NCBI GenBank assembly: GCA_951406725.2 | Contig: OX597819.1 | Coordinates: forward strand, 64,232,001-64,296,000 | Length of the DNA stretch: 64,000 nucleotides | Source of the DNA: Octopus vulgaris | Lineage: Eukaryota | Direction of reading: 5' to 3' | Part shown: in pieces, positions 45,098-58,815 of the stretch | Numbering within the stretch: the stretch's first letter is position 1 | Layout: each line of letters starts with the position of its first letter | Made by a program: the position numbers and the translations under genes | Notes under the pieces: generated by a model | What the model was told of the DNA's origin: nothing | What the model saw: only the letters and a program-made list of their open reading frames with translations | Databases searched by the model: none

Positions 45098-45158
<61 letters not shown>

Positions 45159-45171
45159 TGTATATATATAT

Positions 45172-45244
<73 letters not shown>

Positions 45245-47667
45245 TATGTATGTATATATAAATATATATATCATACATACGTATATATATATGTATTAGT
45301 TAAAATACATATATACGAACATATATGCATACCTACATACATAAACATCCACACGCACATATACATATGTGTATACATTCACATACAAACACACGTACGT
45401 ACTTCCATGAATATTTTACCCACAAAATACATAAAACTAAATATATTCTCTTTAAAACGAAATTGTCAGAATTTCCACCAACTTTATTTTCCTTCTAATT
45501 TGACTTGAGACATATCCCTTGACTTCATCACTCAGAAATTCGATTGACCTTCCTTCGGTTACGACCCTGCCAAGTCACCGTAGTTCATCGATGGCAGACA
45601 TGACGTCAGCACACTTGATGATAACATCGTTAGACAGAAAGAGATGAGGTGTACTCTATTATATTCTATGTGCTGTTTGCTGTAGTGACCGCTGGTAAAG
45701 TGTTTGTTGAGTGACGCTGTATTACCTTTCGTTGAATTTGTTGAGTTGCGTTGCATTGTTCTCTTTTATCGTTTTACTTTTATCTTTTACTTGCTTCAGT
45801 CAATATATTGCGCAATACTGGGACACCTCCCTTGAAAGGCTTCGTCAAAGAAATCGACCTGAGTTCTTAGTTTCAAGTCCGGCGCGTATTTTATCGGTCC
45901 GCTCCTCCGAATTAATTTACGCTTATATAAACATACCAATCTAGTTTTCCAAGTGGTGGTGCGGAAAACACGCCACTGACACAAACGCACACAATCAGGC
46001 GCATACACACACATTCATTCACACTCAGGCACATATACACAGTTGCTTATCCATTTTCCGCCTAGTAAATCTACTCACATGGTTTTAGTCAGTTCATGTC
46101 TACAGCAGTAAACATTCGTTGAATTTGCTGCGTGATGGAATGGATCCTAGAGTCGCATATATATAATATAAGCTTCTTAATCACACAGGCACACAGACGT
46201 CTGTGTGTGATATCCTCCTCTGAAGTGTTACTCTTTTGTTATGAATTTCACAGAAACATTGCTATCTTTGTCTCATGTTTTCATTTTATATTCCTTTTGT
46301 CGTGATCTGATGAGAATTATTGTGTTGCGTCAGCTGCATGTACGTTGTTGTGGTTTTCAGTTATCTTATATCACATATAAGTCAATAGCAATTACTACAA
46401 TATGATGTGCATTTTTCAGAGCGAATTTATTAAGAGATAACGTAATCTACGGGAAAATTCCAAAACTAATTCGACGACACGCTGTCATCAATATTGGCGG
46501 ACATTCATGAATATCTGAAAATACAGAGCACTTATTATTCCCGTCATTTCTTAGGGAATGATATCTTTGTGTCTCTTATAACAGAAAATATTACATTCGC
46601 TCTCTTGGTGTCGTTACAGTAGCCAAGAAACTTAACCTACACCCAAAATTGCATTTCACAGAGTGACTCCGTTGTTGTAAACTACGGCAAATTCTAACAT
46701 TTCAAAAAAGAGGCTGATGGTCTTCATTATATAATTAGCGTTTAGATTGCTCGTTTCAAATCAGCGTTCTTTATTTCCAGCATTCGTGCTTTATTGCATA
46801 AAAGTTCATAGAATTCCATTTCTTTCTATCCGTTTGCCCTCTTGTTCTTCCGTACATTCATGAATTCTACCGTTTCAGTAATTTTTGGAGCAGTTCTAGC
46901 TGCCAGTATAGTTCTTTCTTCACTCTACACATACAATTATACATTTGCATTTTCTATGAAGCCACCTCATTCCCCAGGGTTACGTTAAGTATGTAATAGA
47001 TCTATGATTGCTGACTTCATTTCTCATTTCTTTGACCTTGTGTATCAGCACTGCTCTTCATTTTGTCGTTTATATTGGTGTTACATTTTCTAGTATAAAA
47101 CGGCCGTATATAACTCTTACTATTAAACTGGACCTCGATATGATTCTATAAGTTTCACATGTTAAGCGGTATATGACATGTTTATCGTCGATTGCCGCAT
47201 TTGTAGATTGCTGAGCAAGAATTGGGGTTTGTGCATTACTGCATAGTAATATACGCTCACTGTGTCGAGTTGTTTGTGGATTACAGTTTGATGTGTATGA
47301 TGGGATGAGATTTAGTGTTGTTTATATACTTCTAGAAAGATCATGAAAATCTTTTAACGATGAGAGTCTTTGAAGGAGTGAGGTGTTCGTTCTATATAAC
47401 CGAGTTTGTAATTTATTGCTTTTATTCCTTTCAAAGTTTTCTTCATTATTGATCAGGAGGGAACATGCATACAGGTTGATGGTGCTTTGGATAGGATGTG
47501 CAATTTTGATACAGCGCTCACAAATTTCTAAGTTTAGTAAAATAAAAATGCTTTTAAACATTTTAAACTTCACCAAATTCATTTGGAAGAGAAAAATAAG
47601 AAACCAATTATACGTAGGCGGGCGCAGACTGTTTTCTATTCTCAATTACAATGACAGGAGAAGGTTT

Positions 47668-47739
<72 letters not shown>

Positions 47740-48614
47740 TCGTTTAAAATTTCTCTATTTATCTATCTTGTAGCGGTTATTTGTCTGTTTAAGAACAATA
47801 TTGATTTAGCAGATAACATTGAGGTTTACGTTGACTGTGTTTCGATGCCGGTATTCTAGAGATATATATTAATGATCATTTAACGTGTGAATGTGAAGAT
47901 GGGAAAAGAAAAAGAGAAATAACACGTCTATTTCTTTTAACTACTGCAGATGTTAAGGTATTTCAGATACAGCGAATGTGCGAAGATATCAAACGGAGTT
48001 AAGATAAAGTGATAAATCGATGGCTCTATCTTTCTATCGTATGACTTTTCTTTAGATGCCTCTCTATAAGTGTATGTGTCAGTCGTTATGTGCGCACATA
48101 TGTATGTGTTTGCGTATGCCTGTGTGTGTGAGAATGTGCGTGCGTGTGTATTATGTGTATTATGTGTTTGTGTGTGCTTGTGCGTAGTACATTGCAAGTG
48201 AAACTACAGGGGAGTGCAACACTGGTGCGGCTCTCTCATGAGAGAGATAGAAGGTTAATAGTTGCAGCGGGATTAAATACTTAGTGTACTTAAAGTGAAA
48301 CCAAATTACTGTGATGCTATATTTGCTGGGTTGAGGACTTCAGTTTGCCAAATGAAATTTTCTTTAATGACCTTAGGGGTTCTATATTTGCATCTATTTC
48401 AAGGCTTGTAGGCCAGAGGAGTGCTATCACGAATTCTTGATATATGGTGTTTCATGCATCGCATTTGGTAGCTTGCATTGGAGAAAGCATTTGCGGTTAA
48501 TTGTCTTGTATAATTTTCTGCCTATTAAAACATTTTAATACGTAACGTTACGCGTGTACTGTGTGTTCTGAGATTCTCCTGCGTTTTACACACATAGACT
48601 ACATGCATATACAC

Positions 48615-51154
48615 CACAGTGGCCCTTAGCAATAAGTAATTTTCGAAAGTTACAATTTTGCTGCTACCAGCCACTAATCCTATTGCAACAAACAAAACAA
48701 TGGGGTGTGCAAAATTTCGGCGTAATCAGACAACTGCTAGGCGACCCTCAAACGCTTTGAATTTGGAACATAGAACGCGCAACGATTAATTTTGTTCAAA
48801 TGCAGTATAATTTTCCATTCCCCGACCACTTTCTTTTTTCTTCTTAGAGAAATTTATGTTGACACATACAGGCAACACCAACAGATGTTTAAAAACGTTG
48901 TGAATCAAATTTGCCATTAGCTAATTTGGAAAGTCCCTGAAAGGAGATGAAAAACTTAAGAAATATCAGGTTTTCTTAATAAAGCACGAAACGTCTAAAG
49001 AGAAACGTATATTTATTTACAACAAAGTTTTCTACAGAACCAAAAACATAATGTGAACACTGAAGATTGACATTATTTTTGCATAACAAAGGATTTAGTG
49101 GCAATTGGGTATGTTTTGCAGTTTTCGGTAAAGGTCTGTAAAACAAATTGTTTCTCAGTCTCATCTTTTGTGAGAATGTTATTGCAATCTTGAAGGAATT
49201 TGACATCCAGCTCTTTCTGCAACATCATTCACACCAACTGTCTTCTGCAGTTTTTCAAGTGCACTTTTGTAACTAGGATTATCGTTCTACGTAGAAGGAT
49301 TGTTGTCAAGGAAGTCGGTGTTGACAGAAAATCTTGTGAACAAAGTTTTGTACCGGGAGTTACAAAACACGGAAACTCGATGTTTGTAGAGGAAGAAAAA
49401 TCATTTTGGTGCAGAATGTATCTCTTCAGGTGATTTTTCTTCTTCCTCTTCTTCACATTTGTTTCCTTCCAGCATAACTCGAGCAATATTTGCCTTCACC
49501 TCTGTTGGAACATTGTCATCAAATACGGATAGAGCCACCGATTTGGGAACTAAGTACCAGAGATGGATAGTTTTTTCGCAGCAGCCTTACTGATTTCTGA
49601 ATCAAAATCCTTATAATTTATCACATGACGTCTGATAAGATTCTTTAATTACTTCTGATGACAGAAACCAGGCTTGAACATAGGCCTGAGCAAAAAATAA
49701 AAATAAATAAATAAATAAATAAAATGCACATTTTTTTTAAAGAGTTCTCTCCCCAGGAGATTACTGAAATTGATCTTAAAACAGGTATATCTTGAATGTG
49801 TAAATTCCTGCTGATACCCACCTGGCATGACTTGCAGCTGCTGGTGTACGAAACGATATTCCTTTCTTTGGAATGCAGCCAAGAAAGATTATCGTTAACT
49901 CGAACATTTCTCGGTAATCATTTCGCTATTGTTTCTGTGTAGATAGGTGGTATTCAAGAAATCCAAGAATGCTACAGCCGGCATCATCAGGCTCTTCATT
50001 GCTACTGGTCATGTAAACACTCTAGTTGATTTTTGTCCAGGTTTCTCTAAATCTTTCGAAAACGCCATGTCTGGACCAGAATTTGTACCCATCAGTGAAT
50101 CAAAACGGCTCCTAGAAACTAAAAAATGTGATGACGGTAAGGGAACTACATCAGGTCACGATTGAACAACTTTTCTATATTTGTAATGGTACCATTCGGC
50201 CTGTATTATCACAGCAAAGCGCTTGAATTTTGTCGGTTATACTCCCACTTCTCCACTGCTTGTTAAACAGCCGTGGCTTGCTCTTCTACTGAAGATGTTG
50301 GCTTTTCAGGGACTCCCAACAATTGCCCCGTGCTTTGAAACGTTATTATTATTGCCACTCTATCAAACTTTCCATGCCTGTGGATGTTGGGAGCAGCTTT
50401 TCATCCCAGTGCAACACTGATTCTTGACAGTCGTTTTGGTTAAATTTGTGCTGTATTTCCGTGTCTCAGTTCTCTAAATTTTGTTCTAAGGCATTGATAA
50501 TAAGTATACAAAGCACGTAACATTATAAAAACGGAGAGGTTATAAACATGGCATTACATCTTTGTTAGGGCTACCAACGCAACAGGGGAAAAATCTATAT
50601 CATAATGCGCCATAATAAAATGAATGAGTGCTTAAATGTTATTTGAAATGAATTAACTTATATTTACAATCGCGGATAAGTCATATCAGTTCACTGTTTA
50701 TCACTGACGTATATTTCTTAATATTTTATTTCTCAACACTACCATTAAATGCGGTACAATTCTTTCAACGAACGAACGCAACTCACAGCATCACTTGCTC
50801 ACGGCTGGCCACCGGCTGGATGACGGCGAAAAATAGGTGTTTGCCCTATACCTGCGCTCTGTCCACTATTTTGCAAGTTGCTTTCCCCATTATGTTTATT
50901 GTCACTTATCCTTCTGTTACCAAGAATAAATCTGAACAAGATTTTAATTTATGAGAAAATTATATAAGGGATAAAATAATTTTATTTCAGAAAAATTATT
51001 TTAGGGTGAAAACTTAAACGTTTTATGTCCGATGAGGGTCGTCTTGCAGTTGTTCGATTGAGCTAAAATTTTACATAGATTGTTTTTCTGTTAATTGGAA
51101 CAAGATAGGGAGGAGGCAAAACTGTTAGAAAGCTGAAAAATAAAGGCCACTCTA
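48615..51154 (-). mobile_element. Defective hAT-superfamily DNA transposon (probably hATm-like group) with 8-bp TSD ATATACAC
   Basis: ATATACAC occurs at 48607-14 and 51155-62, directly flanking imperfect TIRs CACAGTGGCC (48615-24) and GGCCACTCTA (51145-54). A transposase relic lies inside. The subgroup name is from memory of the motif family. Confidence 0.85.
49073..50520 (-). pseudogene. DDE transposase pseudogene
   Basis: LHWDEKLL (first D, 50400-11), QLLGVP, KIQALCCDNT (second D), YRHH (CxxH site mutated), NDYREMFELTIIFLG, SHARW, HLWYL and VNDVAER (E, 49212-29), with many stops and frameshifts. Confidence 0.85.
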
Positions 51155-52013
51155 ATATACACATAATTATAATTATAAGTATGTAGATAGCACAGTTCAT
51201 CGCTCGGCTCATGACACCGGTAAGAAAGATAGCTACTACACCAAATTCTTGGAAGTTATGTTTATGTATTGTACAAATATATTACCTTTATATAAAGTGC
51301 TTAGTTTTCCCGAATTCTACATTGCCTTCTATTATTCTCGCAATAATGATAGATGTAACTAATGAAGAATGTTGTTCTTGCCACTGTCGCTAGCGCTGCA
51401 TATTTTGCTTTGTATCTCTTATAGCTTACGTTATTTTTGATCTTGATGACATAGCGTCGTTGCTCAGATGCAACAAAAGATCGAGAACAAATTACTTAAA
51501 TTTATCAAAGCTGGGAACAACCATTCTCTGGCAGCAATATATAGAGTAACAAACATATGCTTATTTTTTTATAAAAGCTATTGTCTGATTTTTAAGAGCA
51601 TTTTGTTGTTATTTGTAGCCTGTCGAATGTCAGTGCAGATATTTCTACGCCCTCGTATTTCGAGACTTTCAAACGATCACTGCAATAGTGGTGGTAATTG
51701 GGTTTCTGAAGATAAGCACGTTTGATGTTTCTTATTGTCTTTTACGGTTATAGTACTTACACATAGTGCAGGACCTAGGTTTTGTTTTCATAACATTTAC
51801 TCACCTTCTTTAAACCAGCGCTTTTTACCAAAAAGACATTTAGTCTACTCAGTCGCAGCATTTGATATTGGTGTTCTGAAGCTGGTGCTCTTCTTTTAGT
51901 TGGATTATACATATATACAGACAAACACACAGACACAGACAGACAAACAAATATATGTACGCAGTAATGTCAGTATCAATATCCATGTACATATACAAAA
52001 AGGTATGAGTATG

Positions 52014-52055
<42 letters not shown>

Positions 52056-52774
52056 TATATATACAGACACATAGCTGCACACATGAATATACGGGAATAT
52101 ATATATATATATATATATACATAGCACACGCACGCACACATACACATATGTATATATATATATATATCTACATATATACATCCATGTATACATACACAAA
52201 CGCAGACACGTACATATAAGTATACATATGTACATATATACAGATAGATTTACAAGAATATATAGGCGTGTGTATGCATATCAATGTGCTAGTGTGTGTA
52301 TGTACTCGTAAGTATATCATCATTTTCACTGCTTCCATTTGACTAGTCGCAGACAATTCGCACGTGTTTTCAAACTTGAGAAATTGTTGCGCCTGTACAG
52401 CTGCTTTTAAAATGTGGTTTTTACAACGTCTAGTCTTGAAGGAAATACTCACAAATACACATATGTTCTCATACCTGTATATACACATATAAATTTTCTG
52501 TTATATGTCTGGCGCTCTTGTTTATGTTATTACGAGTCAAAATGGCAAACTAGAAAAGCTAGGATTTACAGGCTATGATAGCAACAGCCTAATATGAAAT
52601 TTATCATTACTCTCAGTAAAGAGAATAGTAAAAATACGCAGAGTATTTCTAATGGTCGATCTCTGACAAATCCAGGTATTATGGTCCATTGTCTACTGAT
52701 GGAGACTTTGTAATTAGAAACACTTCCCTCGTGCTAGTGAAAATTCTGATACATAGAACAGTGGACAAAATACA

Positions 52775-52822
<48 letters not shown>

Positions 52823-52990
52823 GGCGTAGGAGTGGCTGTGGGTAGGTAGCTTGCTTACCAACCACATGCTTCCAGGTTCAGTCCCACTGCCTGGCACCTT
52901 GGGCAAGTGTCTTCTACTATAGCCTCGGGCCGACCACAGCATTCTGAGTAGATTTGGTAGACAGGAACTGAAAGAAGCCCGTCATATATA
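52823..52990 (+). mobile_element. SINE family B, 5' half
   Basis: ggcgtaggagtggctgtgggtagg..ccttgggcaagtgtcttctactatagcctcggg. Confidence 0.8.
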
Positions 52991-52998
52991 TGTGTGTG

Positions 52999-53049
<51 letters not shown>

Positions 53050-53169
53050 AAAAAAGGAGATGTCGAACACGAGTGGTGATATATAAAAAAGGAAATGAAG
53101 AAAATGCTGACAAATAATTGAAGTAATTTAAGTAATTTAATTAGGTGAAAGTTCTTTTTACCGGTTGCG

Positions 53170-53250
<81 letters not shown>

Positions 53251-53274
53251 TATATATATATGTGTGTGCGTGTG

Positions 53275-53343
<69 letters not shown>

Positions 53344-53345
<2 letters not shown>

Positions 53346-53825
53346 TTAGACAGATATGCACAAGTTAAAATCATAGAAATTTTATACTTACAGGTGTTGA
53401 TTATTTTGATACGTTGGATTAAAGGAGAAATTATAAATCTAATATTTATTCATTTTGGAGAAAAATCTATCATTTATAATGAGTAGGTATAATACTTAAT
53501 AAACTGAGGACAAAAGTCTTATTAATAAAGTGAATATATTAGGGGTGGTCAAATATATATATTGGAAGAATAGTAACCATCTTGGTTACTATTCTTCCAA
53601 TATATATATTTGACCACCCCTAATATATTCACTTTATTAATAAGACTTTTGTCCTCAGTTTATTAAGTATTATACCTACTCATTATAAATGATAGATTTT
53701 TCTCCAAAATGAATAAATATTAGATTTATAATTTCTCCTTTAATCCAACGTATCAAAATAATCAACACCTACCAGCTAAGTATAAAAATTTCCTATGATT
53801 TTAACTTGTGCATATCTGTCTAAGC
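53344..53825. repeat. Long palindrome (fold-back) with a 3-nt spacer
   Basis: 53392-53579 is the exact reverse complement of 53583-53770 (188 bp). The arms extend with small indels to 53344 and 53825. Confidence 0.95.
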
Positions 53826-53949
53826 GAGCATGTAGTTAAAATCATAGGAAATTTCACGCATATCGTTATTCATTAAATGTGTAGAACATATTGCCGTCGC
53901 AGCAGCAATGAAAATTATTGTGACTGTATCGGAGTTGGATAAAATTTCT

Positions 53950-54308
53950 GTGTGGTTGTGAGGTAAAGACTTTCTTTCCTCAAGAACAGGGTTATGAGTT
54001 CAGTCCCACTGCATGGTACCTTGGATAAGTTTCTAATATAGCTTTGGGCCGGCTCAATCTTTGCAAGTCGATTTGGTACACGGAAACTGAAAGGAGCTTG
54101 TGTGCGCATGCGTGTGTCTGTGAGTGTCACTTTTCCTTTCTTTTGTTTACGCCCCTGTGACTTAGCGGCTCGGTAAAACAGTACTGTACAATAAGTATCA
54201 TGCTTGAAAGAGAAAAAGTACTGGTTTCGATCTGTTCGAAGAAAAGTCCCTCAAATCGGTGCACCAGTATGGCCGCGGTTTAATAACAGGAACAAGTAAA
54301 AGATAAAC
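53950..54308 (+). mobile_element. Degenerate SINE family B
   Basis: gagttcagtcccactgcatggtaccttgg..ggaaactgaaagg..ggtgcaccagtatggccgcgg. Confidence 0.7.
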
Positions 54309-54710
54309 GATTACTAAAGATGGTTGAAAATTAAGCCATTGCCTGCCATGAGCCCCATTTGGGGATCTGCGAAAAAAAGTCTCGCTGCCGGTTGTTCCTT
54401 ATATTTGAAGTGAATTGCATTTGTACATTGTATTTTCAGAGGTGTGTTTAACAATATTTAGTAGTTAAAGTTTGTCATTGTTAGCTCTGGCTAATTCTAG
54501 AACACATTTTATGTCATAAATCGCAATATTTCGAACTACAAAAATATTGACTTTTTTTTGTTGTTTTTGCATTTCGCATCTATATCATTCATTGATATTT
54601 CATATACATCCGCATTTGATACTATAGTTTCAAATAAGCTAAAATGTTTATTATTGAAATTAAATAGAAAGGATGAATATGCTTTTTTTAGAATTTTTTT
54701 TTGAATTACG

Positions 54711-54797
54711 TACATTATTTACAATTGACGATATTTGTCCTCATTTGTTTGTTGTTAACACAACGATTCGGCTCAAATACCTTCCAACCTTCATGAA
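54711..54797 (-). repeat. Penelope pLTR-like repeat with a degenerate hammerhead motif
   Basis: Minus strand catga-aggttg..gagcc-gaatcgttgtgttaacaacaaac is homologous to 55577-55675 on the plus strand. Confidence 0.55.
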
Positions 54798-55018
54798 GAA
54801 GAAGAAGAAGAAGAAGAAGAAGAAGAAGAAGAAGAAGAAGAAGAAGAAGAAGAAGAGGAGGAGAAGAAGAAGAAGAAGAAGAAGAAGAAGAAGAAGAAGA
54901 AGAAGAAGAAGAAGAAGAAGAGAAGAAGAAGAAGAAGAAGAAGGAGGAGAAGAAGAAGAAGAAGAAGAAGAAGAAGAAGAAGAAGAAGAAGAAGAAAAGA
55001 GGAAGAAGAAAAAGAAGG
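54795..55018. repeat. (GAA)n/(GAG)n polypurine tract
   Basis: Directly visible. Confidence 0.95.
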
Positions 55019-55025
55019 ATTTTTC

Positions 55026-55398
55026 TTTCTAATTGATGTATGAATATCAGCTGATGACAACGTTTCTCTAAAAGAAATGGAGAAACTTTCAAAATACAAG
55101 GAGATGGAAATAGAGGTAACTGAAATGTGGAATCTAAAAAGAGAAACGATTCTTATCATAGTAGGCGCATGAGGTATGATAAAAAAATATTCAGACAAAA
55201 ACATAACTAAAACACCAGGACTTACAAATAAATATAACATACAGAAAATTGCACTACTGAGCACTGCACACATCCTATGCAGAACACTATCAATACAGTA
55301 ACCATAAGAGCATCAAAACAAATCACCGCACATACCCAAGGCACACAGAGTTGTGCTTGGTAGTGAAGTGAAAGCACGCTATAAAAATAAAAATACTG
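55026..55398 (+). mobile_element. 5'-truncated copy of the same R4/Dong family as 27589-31579
   Basis: Closely matches the reverse complement of ~27589-27965 (FLIDV..DDNVSLKEMEKLSKYKEMEIEV, 3' UTR ggcacacagag..gaaagcacgctataaaaataaaa). (TAA)n tail runs to ~55518. Confidence 0.85.
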
Positions 55399-55417
55399 AA
55401 TAATAATAATAATAATG

Positions 55418-55497
<80 letters not shown>

Positions 55498-55519
55498 CAT
55501 AATAATAATAATAATAATA

Positions 55520-55675
55520 GTAAAAATGATAACAACAGCAATATCGAAAAATACCTTAGAAATGAGAACCCAACACCTGATGAAGGCTGGTCGGTATATC
55601 GGCCCAAACATTGAGTTAACAACAAACAAGATGAACACAAATATCCGTCAAATGTGAATAATGTAAATAATGTGC
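55520..55675 (+). repeat. Penelope pLTR-like repeat with a degenerate hammerhead motif
   Basis: CTGATGA(55577-83)-a-GGCTG-gtcggtatat-CGGCC-caaac; the GAAA is mutated to CAAA. Confidence 0.6.
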
Positions 55676-55696
55676 AAAGTGCTTTGTTTATTTCAA

Positions 55697-55905
55697 CTCT
55701 AGGCACAATGCCTTGAAAATTTTGGCAGGAAGGGGGTCAGCCGATTACATCGATACCAGTACGTAAATGTTACTTATAATCATCGACCCCGAAAGATGAA
55801 AGGCAAAGTCGATCGCGGTGGATTTTGAACTCAGAACATAGCGGCTTAGGAAAAAGTGCTAAGCATTTCGTCCGGTGTGCTAGCGATTCTGCCAGCTCGC
55901 CGCCT
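55697..55905 (-). mobile_element. SINE family A
   Basis: Reverse complement: atcgaccccgaaagatgaaaggcaaagtcgatcgcggtggattttgaactcagaac..gctaagcatttcgtccggtgtgctagc. Confidence 0.75.
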
Positions 55906-56089
55906 TCACAAAAACTATTGGTGCAGCTATTTATTGCTAAATGCATATGTAGATAACTATATCCATAGTGTTCTCTTATGATATATTTGTACACACACGT
56001 ACATACATATACACATTTATGCATATTGCCAATAAATACCGATATTGCTTGCGGAATTTCACTGGTGAAATCTGTGTTTTGAAGTATTG

Positions 56090-56420
56090 AAATGATTTAT
56101 AGCCTTCGGAGATAATGTGCAAATCATATCTTGATGTTTGTCAAGATATTAAGAATAGGTTAAGATTTAATGATATCTAATACTGTAGAACAGTGAAAAG
56201 CTTATGTTAACTAAAGCCCTTTTTCGAGAAGGAAAGTGTATTCCACACTATGTTGTAGATGGTTTCATTTTCTTTTGGTGACCAGATGTGTTGTGAGAAG
56301 GTGGTATCATTTCTCTTTTTCGAATTACAGATTGTCTATATATAATACCTAGTTTCCATGTGTTGGGAGTGAGATTAAATTATGTTATATTTGAATAGTC
56401 AGTGAGAGTAGTGGTGGAGT
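56090..56420 (-). pseudogene. Penelope-like element GIY-YIG C-terminal relic
   Basis: NDTTFSQHIWSPKENETIYNIVWNTL resembles the PLE motif TxLSKHIWxLKDxxxxYxIxWxIL. Confidence 0.5.
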
Positions 56421-57571
56421 AAAATATTTGTTTGCGTTAGAAATGTTTTCGATCTAGCCGGGTTTGTACATACGAATATTTCCCCCCTGTTTGGAATGTA
56501 GTGAATTCTTTCTACTATTATAATGTCTGTTGTGTGTGTATGAGTGCCACTAATCCTAAAAACTAAAACGTACAGTTTTTAAAGCCTTATCACGGTATGA
56601 TATAGTGCGAACATTTGTCAGCAATTGATGTTTAAATGGTAACTAGATTCAGCTGTCTTTTAAAATGTACAGATATACCAAATTATAGTGTAGCTATGAC
56701 TATGTATAATTTGGGTAGATTTATTCTGTTATGGTAAATAAAAAGAGCTTCATAATTCCAGTCCTTCAATTCGTTATGGGGCTCAAATTATCCAATGTTG
56801 CTATTAATGATTAGTAACTGGCATCGATTGATTATATCATACTAATGCACACACACGGGTTCACACACACAACCACATATACACATGTATATAAATCATA
56901 TATCTGTGCATTTTAGTATGAGTTTATGCCTTGTCATCACACACACTATTTACCTAAATGTCCGTAATGAGAGATATTCTAAGACTCTTTACTGATTCAT
57001 CTACGTCATCAAATTAAAGACTATAAAGTGCGGTACCTTTAGCTTAAGCCTTATCACGTAAATAATTACAATATTAGAGAATTAATGTAATTTGAAAACT
57101 TGATTATTTAACAATTACAACTAGAGAAAATATGACTATACACTCTCTTATAATTACACAAACAACGTTAAGAAAGATGAATATATATTTGATGTATGTA
57201 TATATACATACATATTTTGGGAAAGTATATGTATTATTGAAAATGTACGTATCTTCCATGTATGAACACACATGTAAAGAGATACCATCATAGTGAAAGA
57301 TATATTTCTCCTCTTTTTTTCTGTGGATACATGCTAATCACGTTGAAGGCTTTAATTCTCGACAGTACTCCCACTCATGTGGATGTTCCCTCCAACCACT
57401 ACTTTTGCAAATGTATTAAAGGCTTTAAGAGTTTTCTTTACATATCTTATAAACTTGACTTCCTTTCATGTTCTCTCGTTATCATGGGAGTGTTTGATTT
57501 CACTTTCAATCTCAAGCATGGTTTGTTTAAGATAGGATTCTTCGATATAACTTATTGGACGACTTGGACGG

Positions 57572-57605
<34 letters not shown>

Positions 57606-58024
57606 TCAGGGTGAATACTTGATAAGTGTAAGCACCTGTATATGCCAGCTAGTAGCAGAGGTGAGAGGATATATGCATCAAATGAAATAAAACAGAACAC
57701 AAAGGATGTCGCGGTACACGTGTTTCAAGCTTTATAAAACAATCTATTTTTACATCAATGTGTAATCGACATAACAGATGGTTTAAAGCTCTCTTCAGCC
57801 GCATGCAATTGCTATACCAAAGAATTACATCACATTATGAACTTATGAAAATTCCGAAAAAGTACATTTGGTATTATCTATAATGATGGGTATATTAAGT
57901 TTCACTGAGAAAGTATGTTTGTAAATCCTCATAATCAAATATTTGTGTAGGGTACCATTGGACTTCAAAATTCCGTCCATACTTTATCATCAGTCAACAT
58001 ATATAGGTGACAGAGTTGGTATCT

Positions 58025-58235
58025 CTACTTGTTTCAGTCCTTTGACTGCGGCCATGTTGAATCACTGCCCTAAAGAATTTTAATCGGAGAAATCGACCCC
58101 AAGTGTTATATTCCTTGTAAAACAAGTATTTATTCCATCTGCCTCTCCTGCTGAAGTTACAGGGACATATACGCACAGCATCGGTTGGCAAGTGACAGCG
58201 GTAGGAGGAGGGGGCAAACACAGACAGATACACAC
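58025..58235 (-). mobile_element. SINE family B, 3' half
   Basis: ctacttgtttcagtcctttgactgcggccatg..atcgaccccaag..ggggcaaacacagac. Confidence 0.7.
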
Positions 58236-58249
58236 TTAAGCATATACAA

Positions 58250-58449
<200 letters not shown>

Positions 58450-58658
58450 CGCCATGATAGATCGTTAGCTCCTACACGACTTCTTTTTCTCTCCTTGTTT
58501 CTCTCCCTGTTTTTTCTGTGTATCTTTTTGTCGAAGAGCGTAGGCTCGAAACGTAAAAGACTTATTTCTATTTTTGTTTCTGAGCGCTATACTAATACAT
58601 TTGTTTGTTTGTACTCATCCTGCCTTCGTCTTCTGTTTATCTTCGTAAAACTTCCCGT

Positions 58659-58660
<2 letters not shown>
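58450..58660 (+). repeat. Penelope pLTR-like repeat with a degenerate minimal hammerhead motif (also at 39843-40030 and, partially, 1570-1655 on the minus strand)
   Basis: tcgaaga-gcgtaggctc-gaaacgt at 58531-54. The reverse complement of 39843-40030 matches along its length (ttgatga-gcgtaggctg-gaggcgt). Confidence 0.55.
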
Positions 58661-58739
<79 letters not shown>

Positions 58740-58755
58740 GTGTGTGTTTGTGAAT

Positions 58756-58815
<60 letters not shown>

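Noticed and set aside
46200-47330. Possible degenerate LTR-retrotransposon gag on the minus strand
   Set aside because: There are only faint motif hints and many stops, and no LTR pair, PBS or TSD was found.
53495-53525. CTGAGGA-caaaa-GTC in the palindrome arm as a hammerhead
   Set aside because: It has no helix II or III, no GAAA, and stem I is out of register.
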